Source of the DNA: the human T2T-CHM13v2.0 reference genome, Homo sapiens
Length of the DNA: 64,000 nucleotides
NCBI GenBank assembly: GCA_009914755.4
Contig: CP068257.2
Span: forward strand, 5,760,001-5,824,000
Direction of reading: 5' to 3'
Each line of letters begins with the position of its first letter. Position 1 is the stretch's first letter. The notes under the pieces were generated by a model. It did not search any database. It was not told the origin of the DNA and saw only the letters and a program-made list of their open reading frames with translations. Below, piece by piece: positions 16,251 to 26,042 of the stretch. Both the position numbers and the translations under genes were made by a program.

Positions 16251-16620
16251 TCATTTAATTTCACTTTTTCCCATTCCCACATACGGCACACTCAGGAGCT
16301 GTGCTATGCGCACTCCTGGCTGTGCTTTCCAGGGAACAGAACTAAATATCACAATTTGAATTTCCTCATTGTAATCTGAATCAATGACTCCAGTGTGTAT
16401 TTGTACCCCTTTTAAACTTAAACTAGACCTTCCTAAAAGTAATCCCATTGTCCCTGCTCGCAACGGTCCACAGACTCCTGTTGGGACCTTTTGCGGGGGT
16501 GCCCCAGGCAGAAGGCTCACAGCTTTTGTGCAGCATAGATCTACTGCAGCACTATGGGCTGTGGTGGGGAAAGATAATGTATGGGGGTGAGGGAATGGCC
16601 TGAGATGGAAATGCCCTGGT
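16251..16620 (-). pseudogene. ERVK dUTPase domain (betaretrovirus pro-frame hallmark), 89-aa open stretch
   Basis: ...CGPLRAGTMGLLLGRSSLSLKGVQIHTGVIDSDYNEEIQIVIFSS...GVRIAQLLSVPY. HERV-K dUTPase is [46 protein letters not shown]...GNRIAQLILLPL. Confidence 0.8.
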
Positions 16621-16908
16621 TTAGAACAGGGCCTGGGATGGGCCTCTCAGGGAGTTTTCCAAAATCGGGTTCCCTTCTTTATCAAACTTAGAGTGACACT
16701 GATTAGCCCAAAGTTTTCCTTTTTTACATTTTGGACATATTTCAGGATCAGCAGTTTTGTTTTTTCCCCTATCTGGTGGCCTGACTAGGTGATTTTTTTT
16801 TTTTACATTCTTTTTAGTATGACCATGCTTCCCACAGTTAAAACAAGCTCCAGGAAATAGAGTATTTCGTTTATCCACTCTCAGTCCTGCCATCGCCTGT
16901 GCCAACAA
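16621..16908 (-). pseudogene. ERVK gag nucleocapsid with two intact CCHC zinc knuckles (95-aa ORF)
   Basis: GACFNCGKHGHTKKNV...EICPKCKKGKLWANQCHSKFDKEGNPI. HERV-K NC is GKCYNCGQIGHLKKNC...[27 protein letters not shown]. Confidence 0.85.
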
Positions 16909-17929
16909 AGTAGCTTTATGTAGATTATCTCTGATATCATCACAGGCCTTGTTATAATCAACTAAATGTGCTTTCCCTCTGATAGGTCGCAGAGCAGCCT
17001 GGCAATAAGGATTAGCATTGTCAAAACCAATAACTGCAACACTATATCCTAAGCAGCCAAATCTGCAATCATCTTTTTAAGAGACTCCTGTAACCAAGCT
17101 ATAAAATCCACATATGGTTCTCTTGGTCCCTGTTTTATAGCACTAAAGGAAGGGTATTGTTCTCCACATGAAGTGATTTATTCCAAGCTCTAATGCACAC
17201 TCCTCTAAGCTGTTCTATGGCATCATCCTGCATGACCACTTGTGCATGTAAACCAGCCCAGCCACCAACCCCCAAAAGTTGGTCTGCAGTTATATTAATT
17301 TGAGGTTGGGCCCAGGCATTGCGAGCAGCCTGAATGGAAGCTTCATCTGCCTACTAAGTTTTAAATTGTAAGAACTGAGCAGGAGTTAGACAAGCTAGAG
17401 TGAAAGTGTCCCAGTCAGTAGGAATCATCCGACTGGAAACAGCAACATTCTTTAACAGTCCCATTTCAAAAGGAGAACCTGGTCCATACTGATTTATAGC
17501 TTGTTTAATTTTTTTGAGTAATTTAAAAGGAAAAGGCTCAAATGTAGCTATAATATTTCCCTGTTGATCTGGGGGGTGTATTCAAACAGGGAACTGCCAA
17601 GCCTCTAAATCCCACTTTTGTCTAGCTTGCTGTATTCCTGCCTGAATAGAACTAAGAGCAGTCGCTCAAGGCGCTGCTCGAACAGTCACCAGGGCAACTA
17701 CTTTTCACCCAGTGTCCTCCAGAAAAGAAAGATCTGGAGGGTCGTTTTCTTCAAAATAGTAATGAGGGTGTGCAGAAGGATAGGGATGAACCTCTCCCTC
17801 CTTTTCTGCTTTAGCTTTAGGTGACAAATAAACCTGGTCTGTAACCTCTACTGTTACTTTGTTATACTCTCCTTCCTCCTCATCATCAGTGTGAAAAAGT
17901 TCCAAGGTAGAACGAACCACAGCCCACAC
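16909..17929 (-). pseudogene. ERVK gag module B: pp21/p15 and capsid, frameshifted; N-terminal MA missing
   Basis: 17705-17929 gives MWAVVRSTLELFHTDDEEEGEY..., matching HERV-K Gag WAIIKAALEPFQTEEDS around residue 95. The capsid stretch lies between this and NC and has no long ORF. Only about 150 nt separates this from the upstream PBS, so the first roughly 90 Gag codons are absent. Confidence 0.6.
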
Positions 17930-18069
17930 TTGTCCTATTGCTACCCTGATGCTTCCGAGCTCCCCTTCTTACTCACCACGGGGATTGCTTTAAGAGTACT
18001 CGGGTGTCCTCCAGCTAGTTCCACATTCTCCAATCGTTGCTCCAGCGATCCTTTGACCTGTATTTGAGC

Positions 18070-18088
18070 CCCCATGAATGGGCACCAC
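18070..18088 (-). promoter_or_regulatory. Degenerate tRNA-Lys-type primer-binding site of ERV module B
   Basis: Minus strand reads TGGTGCCCATTCATGGGGG directly after the LTR end ...GGTCTCAGCAAG. Compare the Lys1,2 PBS TGGCGCCCAACGTGGGGC (several mismatches). Confidence 0.4.
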
Positions 18089-18090
18089 TT

Positions 18091-18333
18091 GCTGAGACCA
18101 GGTCTGTTGGAGAGACCCTAACCCAGCAGCACTAGAGGAATTAAAGACACACACACAGAAATATAGAGGTGTGAAGTGGGAAATCGGGGGGGGGGGGCGG
18201 GTCTTACAGCCTTCAGAGCAGAGCCCTGAACAGAGATTTACCCACGTATTTATTAACAGCAAGCCAGTCATTAGCATTGTTTCTATAGATATTAGATTAA
18301 CTTAAAGTATCCCTTATTCTTAAGGCACAGATC
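18091..18333 (-). repeat. Short internal LTR (module B 5' LTR; U3 only about 80 bp), ending in a G11 homopolymer-containing stretch
   Basis: Minus strand has GCTGTTAATAAATACGTGGG (AATAAA) about 155 nt before the PBS. The R-U5 end CTAGTGCTGCTGGGTTAGGGTCTCTCCAACAGACC is homologous to the module A LTR end CTAGTGTTGGGTCTGATCACCCCAACATTCC. Start taken from TG at 18333. Confidence 0.45.
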
Positions 18334-18349
18334 ACTCATGCTATCGTTT

Positions 18350-18660
18350 GTGGCTTAAGAATGCCTTTAAGTGGTTTTCCACCCTGGACGGGCCAGGTAT
18401 TCCTTGTTCTCATTCCAGTAAACCCACAACCTTCCAGCCTGGGTGTTATGGCCATCATGAACATGTCACAGTGCTGCAGAGATTTTGTTTATGGCCAGTT
18501 TTGGGGCCAGTTTATGGCCGGATTTGGGGAGGCTTGTTCCCAACAGTTCCTCAGTGTAAGGGTGCCCTAACTCCTGTGGGGACCTTCTTTGGTGGCTCCC
18601 CAGGAAGTAAGGAGATGGGAATTGTGCTGTAGAGGTCTACAGCAGCACTGCTTGCTGAGG
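18350..18660 (-). pseudogene. ERVK dUTPase N-terminal region of module A, cut off by the module-B LTR
   Basis: Region homologous to 16330-16620. The same TPVGTF.GG.PG signature appears in the plus-frame ORFs 18348-18632 and 16384-16590, which overlap the minus-strand dUTPase frames. Positioned directly downstream of the module A NC. Confidence 0.45.
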
Positions 18661-18923
18661 CGGGGGACAATTGCTGTACATATGTAAGGGCAGTGGCTGT
18701 GCTGGGTATGCCTCAGTTTGTTGAGGGGCTTGAGGCGGGTCCCTCTTCCTATTTCCTGAAAGAGGTTGTCCATCTTTGCTAAATTTAGAATGACACGGAC
18801 TTGCCCAGTGATTGCCTTTCTTACACCAGGGACGTACGTTGGGACTTTTCTGTTGATTGATGGTAGTAGTTTTCGTCTTTTGAATTCCTTTCTACATTCC
18901 TTTCTTGTGTCCAATTTGCCCAC
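18567..18923 (-). pseudogene. ERVK gag nucleocapsid of module A, zinc knuckles degenerate
   Basis: 118-aa ORF with basic NC-like sequence ...KRRKLLPSINRKVPTYVPGVRKAITGQVRVILNLAKMDN. Cys/His ligands are replaced relative to [25 protein letters not shown]. Confidence 0.5.
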
Positions 18924-18930
18924 AATTAAG

Positions 18931-19263
18931 TCAAGAGCCTGAGAAATGAAGCATATTTTTTCTTACTCTTAATCTAGCCACAGCCTGAGCTAAAAGAATA
19001 ACCTTATGTAAGTTATCTCCAATGCCATCGCAAGCCTTAATATATTTAGTTAAATGGGCCCTCTCTGTCTGGGATCTAATAGCAGTTTGACACTCTGCAT
19101 TAGCATTATTGTACGCAAGAAGCTGTATTACAACATCCTGAGCTGTTTTGATCATTTGCGGCTTTATACACAGCCTCTTGGAGCTGAGCAATAAAATTAA
19201 TATATGGTTCTTTAGGTCCTTGTCAGACAGAACTGAAATAAGGATACTTTTCCCCGGTAACAT
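18931..19263 (-). pseudogene. ERVK gag capsid C-terminal domain, module A (110-aa ORF)
   Basis: ...VVIQLLAYNNANAECQTAIRSQTERAHLTKYIKACDGIGDNLHKVILLAQAVA. HERV-K CA is VIVELMAYENANPECQSAIKPLKGK...SEYVKACDGIGGAMHKAMLMAQAIT. Confidence 0.75.
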
Positions 19264-20046
19264 TTATCCTTTTCTATGTATGTAAGCACATGAAGCACAG
19301 CTGAACAATGGCAACATCTTCCATTAGTGCTTGATTCTCTAATCAACCCCAGTTAGGGCCAACTCATATTAACTGATCAAAGAAAACAGGCACAGGTGGC
19401 TGCACTTGTGTGTTTTCTTTTGCCTGAGTTTGAGCTTCATCAGCCTACCAAGTTTTAAACTGCAAGTACTGAGATGGAGTGAGAACAGGTTTTGTCAAAG
19501 TATCCTAATTATATGGTAGTAATCTATTATCAAGAGCCATATTTTTAAATAAAGTTTGCACAAAAAGAGAGTTCAGTCCATATTGACTAATGGCTTGCTT
19601 AAATTCTTTAGTAACTTAAAAGAGAAAGCAGCCTAATTAGCTATATTCTGTCCTACTTGCTGGATTATAGTAACGGGAAATTGCCATGCTTCAAGGTCTC
19701 CCTTGGCTTTAGCTTTTTGAATAGAATTTTGTCTACCACCACCAATTGCTCCAGGTTTTAATGTTGTAACTACAGGAGCAGTAAGTTTTTCAGCTAATTT
19801 ATTTTCTCACCCATTTAGAGGAGAGAGAGGAGGTGGCCATTCACTTAATTCAGCAGGTGGAGCCAACGGGCTAGTAAAACATACTTTTAAAAGTTTTTCT
19901 TTCTTTTCTTTAATCTCGTCTGGTAGCTGCTCCCCACACTCAGAATTTGAAGTTAGTTTTTTACACTCATCCTCCTCTTCCTCATCTGAGTCTGCCTCAT
20001 CATCTGTTTGAAATGGCTCAAGGGCTGCCTTTATTAGTGCCCACAC
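19264..20046 (-). pseudogene. ERVK gag pp21/p15-capsid N-terminal region, module A
   Basis: 19807-20046 gives MWALIKAALEPFQTDDEADSDEEEEDECKK..., matching HERV-K Gag WAIIKAALEPFQTEEDSVSVSD. This is clearly diverged from the module-B copy (MWAVVRSTLELFHTDDEEEGEY). Confidence 0.6.
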
Positions 20047-20300
20047 TGACCATACAGAAACTAGAATTTCTGCTCCATCTTTATATGTCTTTTAAAAAAT
20101 CTCTTCCAATTCTCTCCCATTCATCCAACTTCATAGTCCTTTGTTCTGGAAACCATGGGCAAAACTGCTTTACTGTACTAAAGAGTGATAACAAATTCTA
20201 AGTACTAATTTTCATTCCCCATCTTTGTATGTCCTCGGGTGTCTTTTGATGTTGTGTCCTCTGCTTTCACATGCTCCAGCCTTCCTTCACCGGGTCTTTG

Positions 20301-20320
20301 TCACCCCATGTTGGGCGCCA
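20301..20320 (-). promoter_or_regulatory. tRNA-Lys(1,2)-type primer-binding site of ERV module A
   Basis: Minus strand reads TGGCGCCCAACATGGGGTGA. The Lys1,2 PBS is TGGCGCCCAACGTGGGGC; the first 17 of its 18 nt match except one G to A transition. This is the 'K' of HERV-K. Immediately 3' of the LTR end ...CCCCAACATTCC. Confidence 0.7.
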
Positions 20321-20607
20321 GGAATGTTGGGGTGATCAGACCCAACACTAGGTCATGGGGGTGATGAAGTCCGGCAGAGTCAAAGGAATGAGAAAAAGAC
20401 AGTTTGAGAGAGAAAGTGGGACCAGGAGACCATCACGAGTGTGGAGCCTGCAAAGTCCCCAAGCTCTGGGAGCCTACGCTATTTGTTGGTGCTCAAACAA
20501 ACAGGTGGAGAGGATTTAGGGGTTGAAAGGAAACGGTGTATCAAGTGAATGAGAAACATATGGCCCTGCCTCAGCTTCTCTTCCAACACTCAGCTTTTCT
20601 CCCAACA
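20321..20607 (-). repeat. Short 5' LTR of ERV module A (about 287 bp)
   Basis: Minus strand starts TGTTGGGAGAAAAGCTGAG (compare LTR5 start TGTGGGGAAAAGCAAGAGAG). It contains ...GAGCACCAACAAATAGCG, a polyadenylation-signal-like motif about 150 nt before the PBS, and ends at the PBS. It abuts L1 ORF2 sequence at 20603-20610. Confidence 0.55.
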
Positions 20608-21550
20608 CATTCCCCTTATGAACAGGAATAAAATAGGGATGCCTGTTCTCACCACTCCTGTTTAACAAGTCCTAGCCAGAGCAATCAGGCAAGAGAAAGC
20701 TATAAAAGGCATCCAAATAGGAAATGAAGTCAAATTATCTCTCTTCACTGATGATATGATTCTACACCTAGAAATCCCTAAAGACTGTGCCAAAAGGCTC
20801 CTAGAACTGATAAAAAAAACTTCAGCAAACTTTGAGGATTAAAAAAAATTAACATATAGAAAGAAGTATCATTTCTGTACACCAAAAATGTTTAAACTGA
20901 GAGGTAACTCAAGAGTGCAATCCTGTTTACAAGAGCAACCCCCAAAATAAAATAAAAGAAAAGAAGAATATGTCTAAGCAAGGAGGTAAAGGATATCTAA
21001 AAGGAGAACTACGAAACACTGCAGAAAGAAATCATAGATGACAAAGCAAATGGAAAACTATTCCATGCTCATGGATTAGAAAGATCAATATTGTTAAAAT
21101 GGCTATACTGCCAAAAGCAATCTACACATTCAACACTATTCCTATGAAACAACCAATGTCGTTTTTCACAGAATTAGAAAAAAAATATTCTAAATTTCAT
21201 ATGGATTTTTAAAGAGCCCAGACAACCAAAGGAAACCTAAGCAAGAAGAACAAAGCTGGAGACATCACATTACTTGACTTCATACTATACCCTAAGGCCA
21301 CAATAGACAAAATAGCATGGTAGCGATATGAAAACAGACACAAAGACCAATGAAACAGAATAGAGAACCCGAAAATAAACATGCACCTACAGCCATCAGC
21401 TTTCCCAGGGTAACACAAAGAGAGCCAAGTGGCACCTGCACATTACGCTGTGGAAGAAAAACCCAAGCTCAAGAAACCTCAACTTGTATTATGGGAAGTT
21501 CACTTGGCTGTACCCTTCCCAAGAGGGAGAAATTATCTGCATTATACTAG
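20608..21550 (+). mobile_element. Old LINE-1 ORF2 (RT region) fragment, plus strand, truncated at the ERV LTR junction
   Basis: Plus-strand translation gives ...[174 protein letters not shown]. Compare L1 ORF2 [32 protein letters not shown]...[37 protein letters not shown]. Confidence 0.7.
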
Positions 21551-21989
21551 ACAGTAAATAAACTTTTCCTTTGTTCCAGAAGGAGGTACTGGTTTTCTAT
21601 TCCAAGGCTGTTTTCTATACAAACATGCTTGAAAACAATCATTTGGAACAAGAAAGTCAGCGTCCATACTTGCAAAATGTGTGGAAATCAAAGAGACCCA
21701 AAAACTGTTTCTCTACCAATTTCTATTTTTTTAAAATCACATTTTCCCCATATAATAAGCTTTTAATATGTGTTAATATTCTGAAATTGTCTTAGCATTT
21801 ACCCCCATTTCTGAGTCCTGAAGGATACAATAAATTTAATTTAATTTAGTAACACTTCAAATAGTAGTGATTGTAATAGCAGAGCTAGTTTGTAGCATAA
21901 AGAAAAAATAATAATATTAGGTGACACAAATAATGCTAGCCACCATTTCTAAGTGTCATGGTAAGTACAGTGATTATTTTCTTTTTTTC

Positions 21990-22190
21990 TGACTCTTTTT
22001 TATTGTATTTTTTTATTTTTTTTCCCATAGGTTATTGGGGTACGGTGGTATTTGGTTCGAGTCCATGAATAACTTCTTTACTGGTTATTTGTGAGATTTG
22101 GGTGCACCTATCACCCGAACAGTGTACACTGCACCTTATTTGTTATCTTTTATCCCTCGCCCCCCACCCTATTAAATAATAGACAAAAAA
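21990..22190 (-). mobile_element. Short diverged L1 3'-end fragment (minus)
   Basis: TTTTTTCCCATAGGTTATTGGGGTACGGTGGTATTTGGTT...CCTCGCCCCCCACCC is the reverse complement of the L1 3' end (TTTTTTATTATACTTTAAGTTCTAGGGTACATGTGCACAACGTGCAGGTTTGTTAC...CCCCTCCCCCCACCCC), strongly diverged. Confidence 0.4.
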
Positions 22191-25100
22191 TAATGGGTTT
22201 AGAATAAATGAGTTCAAATGAATTGTCAAACCTATGTGGGAAAAGTGGAATCAGTTTGTGAGAAAAAGGAAAAAACCTCAACAGAAATGCTGATAAAGCA
22301 TCATCCCTTCATGGCTAGAGCTGCCAGGACACTAGAACACCAAAATCAGCTAGGGAAATTTTGTAGAAGTCCCAGATGTACTAGATGTTCTGTGAATACA
22401 CAGAGATATAATTATAACTGTTACCTGCATGTAGAGTAAAGATGAGAAGTCATTGGTCATGGTGGCAGCTACCTCAGGAGTTACAAAGCAGACGTGGTTC
22501 CAGGACAGTGTATGTCAGGGCAAAGCTGTCCTAGGACGCTATTAGGAGTTGGTTATGGCATAGACATTGTAAGTCAGATGGTCTCATTACTTTCAATGAC
22601 AAAACCAAAATTACTTTTGTATCAGCCTAATACAACGGCCTGGCAAGAGCACAGAAAAAGTCCCTGTGCTGTTAGGTGGGGACCTCTGATGCAGCACAAT
22701 TCCTTCATTCCCTTCTCCAAAACCCCCCTCTTCCAATTCCACTGAAGAGAGAATCTGATGGAAGTGCTGTGTAAGTAGGCTCAGATATATCTACCACTAT
22801 AGATAGTAGAGGTGATTCATAAATCCAAGCCTATCAAATACATCATAAAAAAGTTACACGTTTAATTTTTTTTTGAAATTAGGGATCATGATATAAAAGT
22901 TATCAGAATCAAAACTGTCAGTAATCTTTAAAAAGAAAAGAAAAAACCTGGACAAATAGATTCAGAGAAGGCCTTGAAGAGAGGGTTCTCATGCTTCTAG
23001 GCCTGATACAAACTGTCACAAAATCCACAACCTTGCACAAAGGCCATAGCAACCTTACACAAAATACACTTCTGTGAGGACATCTATCCAGCAACCACCT
23101 GCTCAAACTTCAACTGACATCGACCTTGTTGTTGATCTTTATAGTCAAAGATAACTATAACAAAACAATTATATAAGCCTGTTCATTTTTCCTTTATTTA
23201 TTTTTTTCTACTCCCCCATAATTCCAGGTTGATCACTTTTCTTTTAAAGACCTTGTCTTCCTTTACCATTTGAATCTACACAGTTTGCTTTGTCATGCAT
23301 ATTCCCATTGCAGTGCCCTCCTCCCTAAGATGTGTCTTTTTCCTTTAGAGAACCTTTCTCTGTTTGTTATTTAGGTTTACAATGAGAAGGCGTGAAAAGT
23401 AATTTTACTGTCTTCCTAGGAAAAAATCACTGACTTACAATATTTATATTTATTTATTTACATTCCTGGGGATGAGGAATTAAAGATTTCACAAATTTTC
23501 TTATTGAGAAGATCGAAGTTTTCATGTGAGCAAAACTGAATATGTAAATTGATATGTAAATTATGCTGCAGATAATATGCTCAAATGTTTACTTGTATTT
23601 AATTTGTTACACATGAATATTGCATATGTAAGATAATATACTAAGAAATTATCACATTTAATGAAATGCTTTAATCAAATTCCTGATTGAATTTTTGATA
23701 TCAATATCTTTTTCCTTGTTTAATCCATCTTTAGAGTGAACAGGGCTGTCTAGGCCAAAGTCCTCACTTCTATCTAAATTGTCTGAGTTACAGAACTTTT
23801 TGAATTTATTATGTTGTCACAGGAAGTTTCTTATTGCTTGTTTAAAGGAGTCGCTCTCAATATGATGCGGAATCCAAAAGCACTGAAGGGCATATATCCT
23901 GAGTTTCTGTTACTGAAGCCAAAGGTTGCCAATTTCTTGTAGATCCTGCTAGAGTTAAACTTCATTTAAGTAATCATTAAAAGCTGCATTTATTCCCTCA
24001 CTTGAACTTTTGATTTCACACTATTAGGACTAATCCTCTAAGTCTTTGCTAAGTTATGTTCCTCCTTTTCTTGTGGCTTGATTCTGATGCTCTCTATATG
24101 CAACATCAATTGATGTAAAGTACATTCAGGGTAAGAGAGTTTCTTTAAATATTACTTTGTTATTCAAAATAATCACAAAAGCACTCATCGTAGGAAAACT
24201 TGTGAGGACTCAAATATAGGGAAATACTTTTTCTTTCTAAGGCACAATTCTCTAAAGAAGTTCACCTTAATTTGAATATACATGGGAAAATATCCTTGTT
24301 CACTAATAGTCTATATTCACTCTGTTTTCTTCCCTCATAGACCAGCCGGTTCACTATTATTTTCCAAATGATGTTTGCCTCTTTAGAGTCCAGGCTATCT
24401 GCATATCTACTTTTTCCCACAAATTACTGTTTTGAATTGCACTGAATTCAATTCAAAGGGATGTCATTTATAAACAGTGCAAATATATACTGCACGAGGG
24501 ATCTTAGAAATCATACACATGGTTTGATCCATAAGCTCATATGAGCGTGCAATGTCAACTTCTTTCATGTTTTTTTAAGTCCACTTAAATTCTATTTTAA
24601 GCCACCATCTGCCTGTGCTGTTAGGGCAGTTAGCCTTCAATCATTTTAAGATGCTCCTCTCTAAGTACCGTGATAATGATAGAGATATCACCAGTCAGGT
24701 GTCCTAGGAAGCCGACTCCGAGTTGGAGATTTGCATGCAAGGAGGTTGAAATGATATTCCCAACACCTGTGGAAGAGTGAAAGCAATAGGATTGGGCGGA
24801 GCAGGAAGTCGGCTAGAATGCAATCACTATCATGGCTGCAGTCCACTCTACAGGGATCTTGGTGAGTTTACCTAATGACCTCGAATTGGAGCAAGAAAAC
24901 CAGGCCATTATATTTCTGTACCAAGCAGTTCTCGGATGTGGGATGCCCTGAGAAGGGACATGAACTTGGATGAAGGAACTTTACTGTGCTGTGAGTATTG
25001 TTGCCAGGAGTCAGCTGTCAACACTCCCAGGAGACGGGAAATTATGCTTTAGTCACTGAGGCGGCATCTAGTGTCAGACCACAGCCTTGTTAAACAGAGC

Positions 25101-25726
25101 CAGACTTTGGAGGATGGTTGGTGGGTTTAAAATTTGGGGCTTGACATCTTGTCCCCACAAGCTGCTGCTGGCCTCTTCCTTGTCCATTTCTGTGTGGCCT
25201 GTTTAGGCCCCCCAGCTTCCTGCTTCTTCTTTACCATATTTGGAATGCAAAAATCTACACGTAATTTGGCCCATGGTCCCTTCTGCTTAGACATATCCTT
25301 GTAGCTATTTTTTTTTTTAAAGATGACTATGTCTTCTAGAATATTTCTAAGAAATTGCCTAAGTCACCACTGCTCACCAAGAGGCCTTTGTTTTTTCCTC
25401 TTCTTAACCATGGGAAAGGAATGTAGGAGGGTAGGGAGTGGATATTTTCTAACCTGGAAAAAACTCATTTTACCCTATATAATTTTTTTTAGCAAATTCC
25501 TTCTTTGCACTTACTCCACAATCTTTCCAAATTCTCCCAAATGCTCAAGCTTTTAAAAAACAAAAGACAGAAAGATAGCAGGTTATTAGGTTTTCCACCA
25601 AACCTTTTCTTTCTATTCCTTTACATCAGTGAGCTTAGAATAACTCTGCTCCTGGAACTGGGAAAGGGACTTGGGAAAAGAAAGAAAAAAAAAGCTCCCA
25701 AAGTTTAGCATCACAAAACATTATAG

Positions 25727-26042
<316 letters not shown>

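Larger units (their letters stand above)
14700..20607 (-). mobile_element. Composite HERV-K-superfamily (ERVK/HML-like, betaretroviral) provirus remnant: LTR-PBS-gag-dUTPase / LTR(partial)-PBS-gag-pro-pol(deleted)
   Basis: Minus-strand translations match HERV-K Gag (WAIIKAALEPFQTEE; AYENANPECQSAI...YVKACDGIG; CCHC knuckles), dUTPase, protease, RT N-terminus and integrase C-terminus (see sub-features). Lys-type PBS at 20301-20320. The ERV continues below 14700 but is interrupted by Alu insertions. Confidence 0.85.

Noticed and set aside
18185-18199. G11 homopolymer (GGGGGGGGGGGCGGG) as a possible G-quadruplex or regulatory element
   Set aside because: Lies inside the decayed internal LTR. A single G-run with one interruption is more likely polymerase-slippage expansion of an LTR G-tract than a functional element. 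It could be a sequencing-error-prone site.
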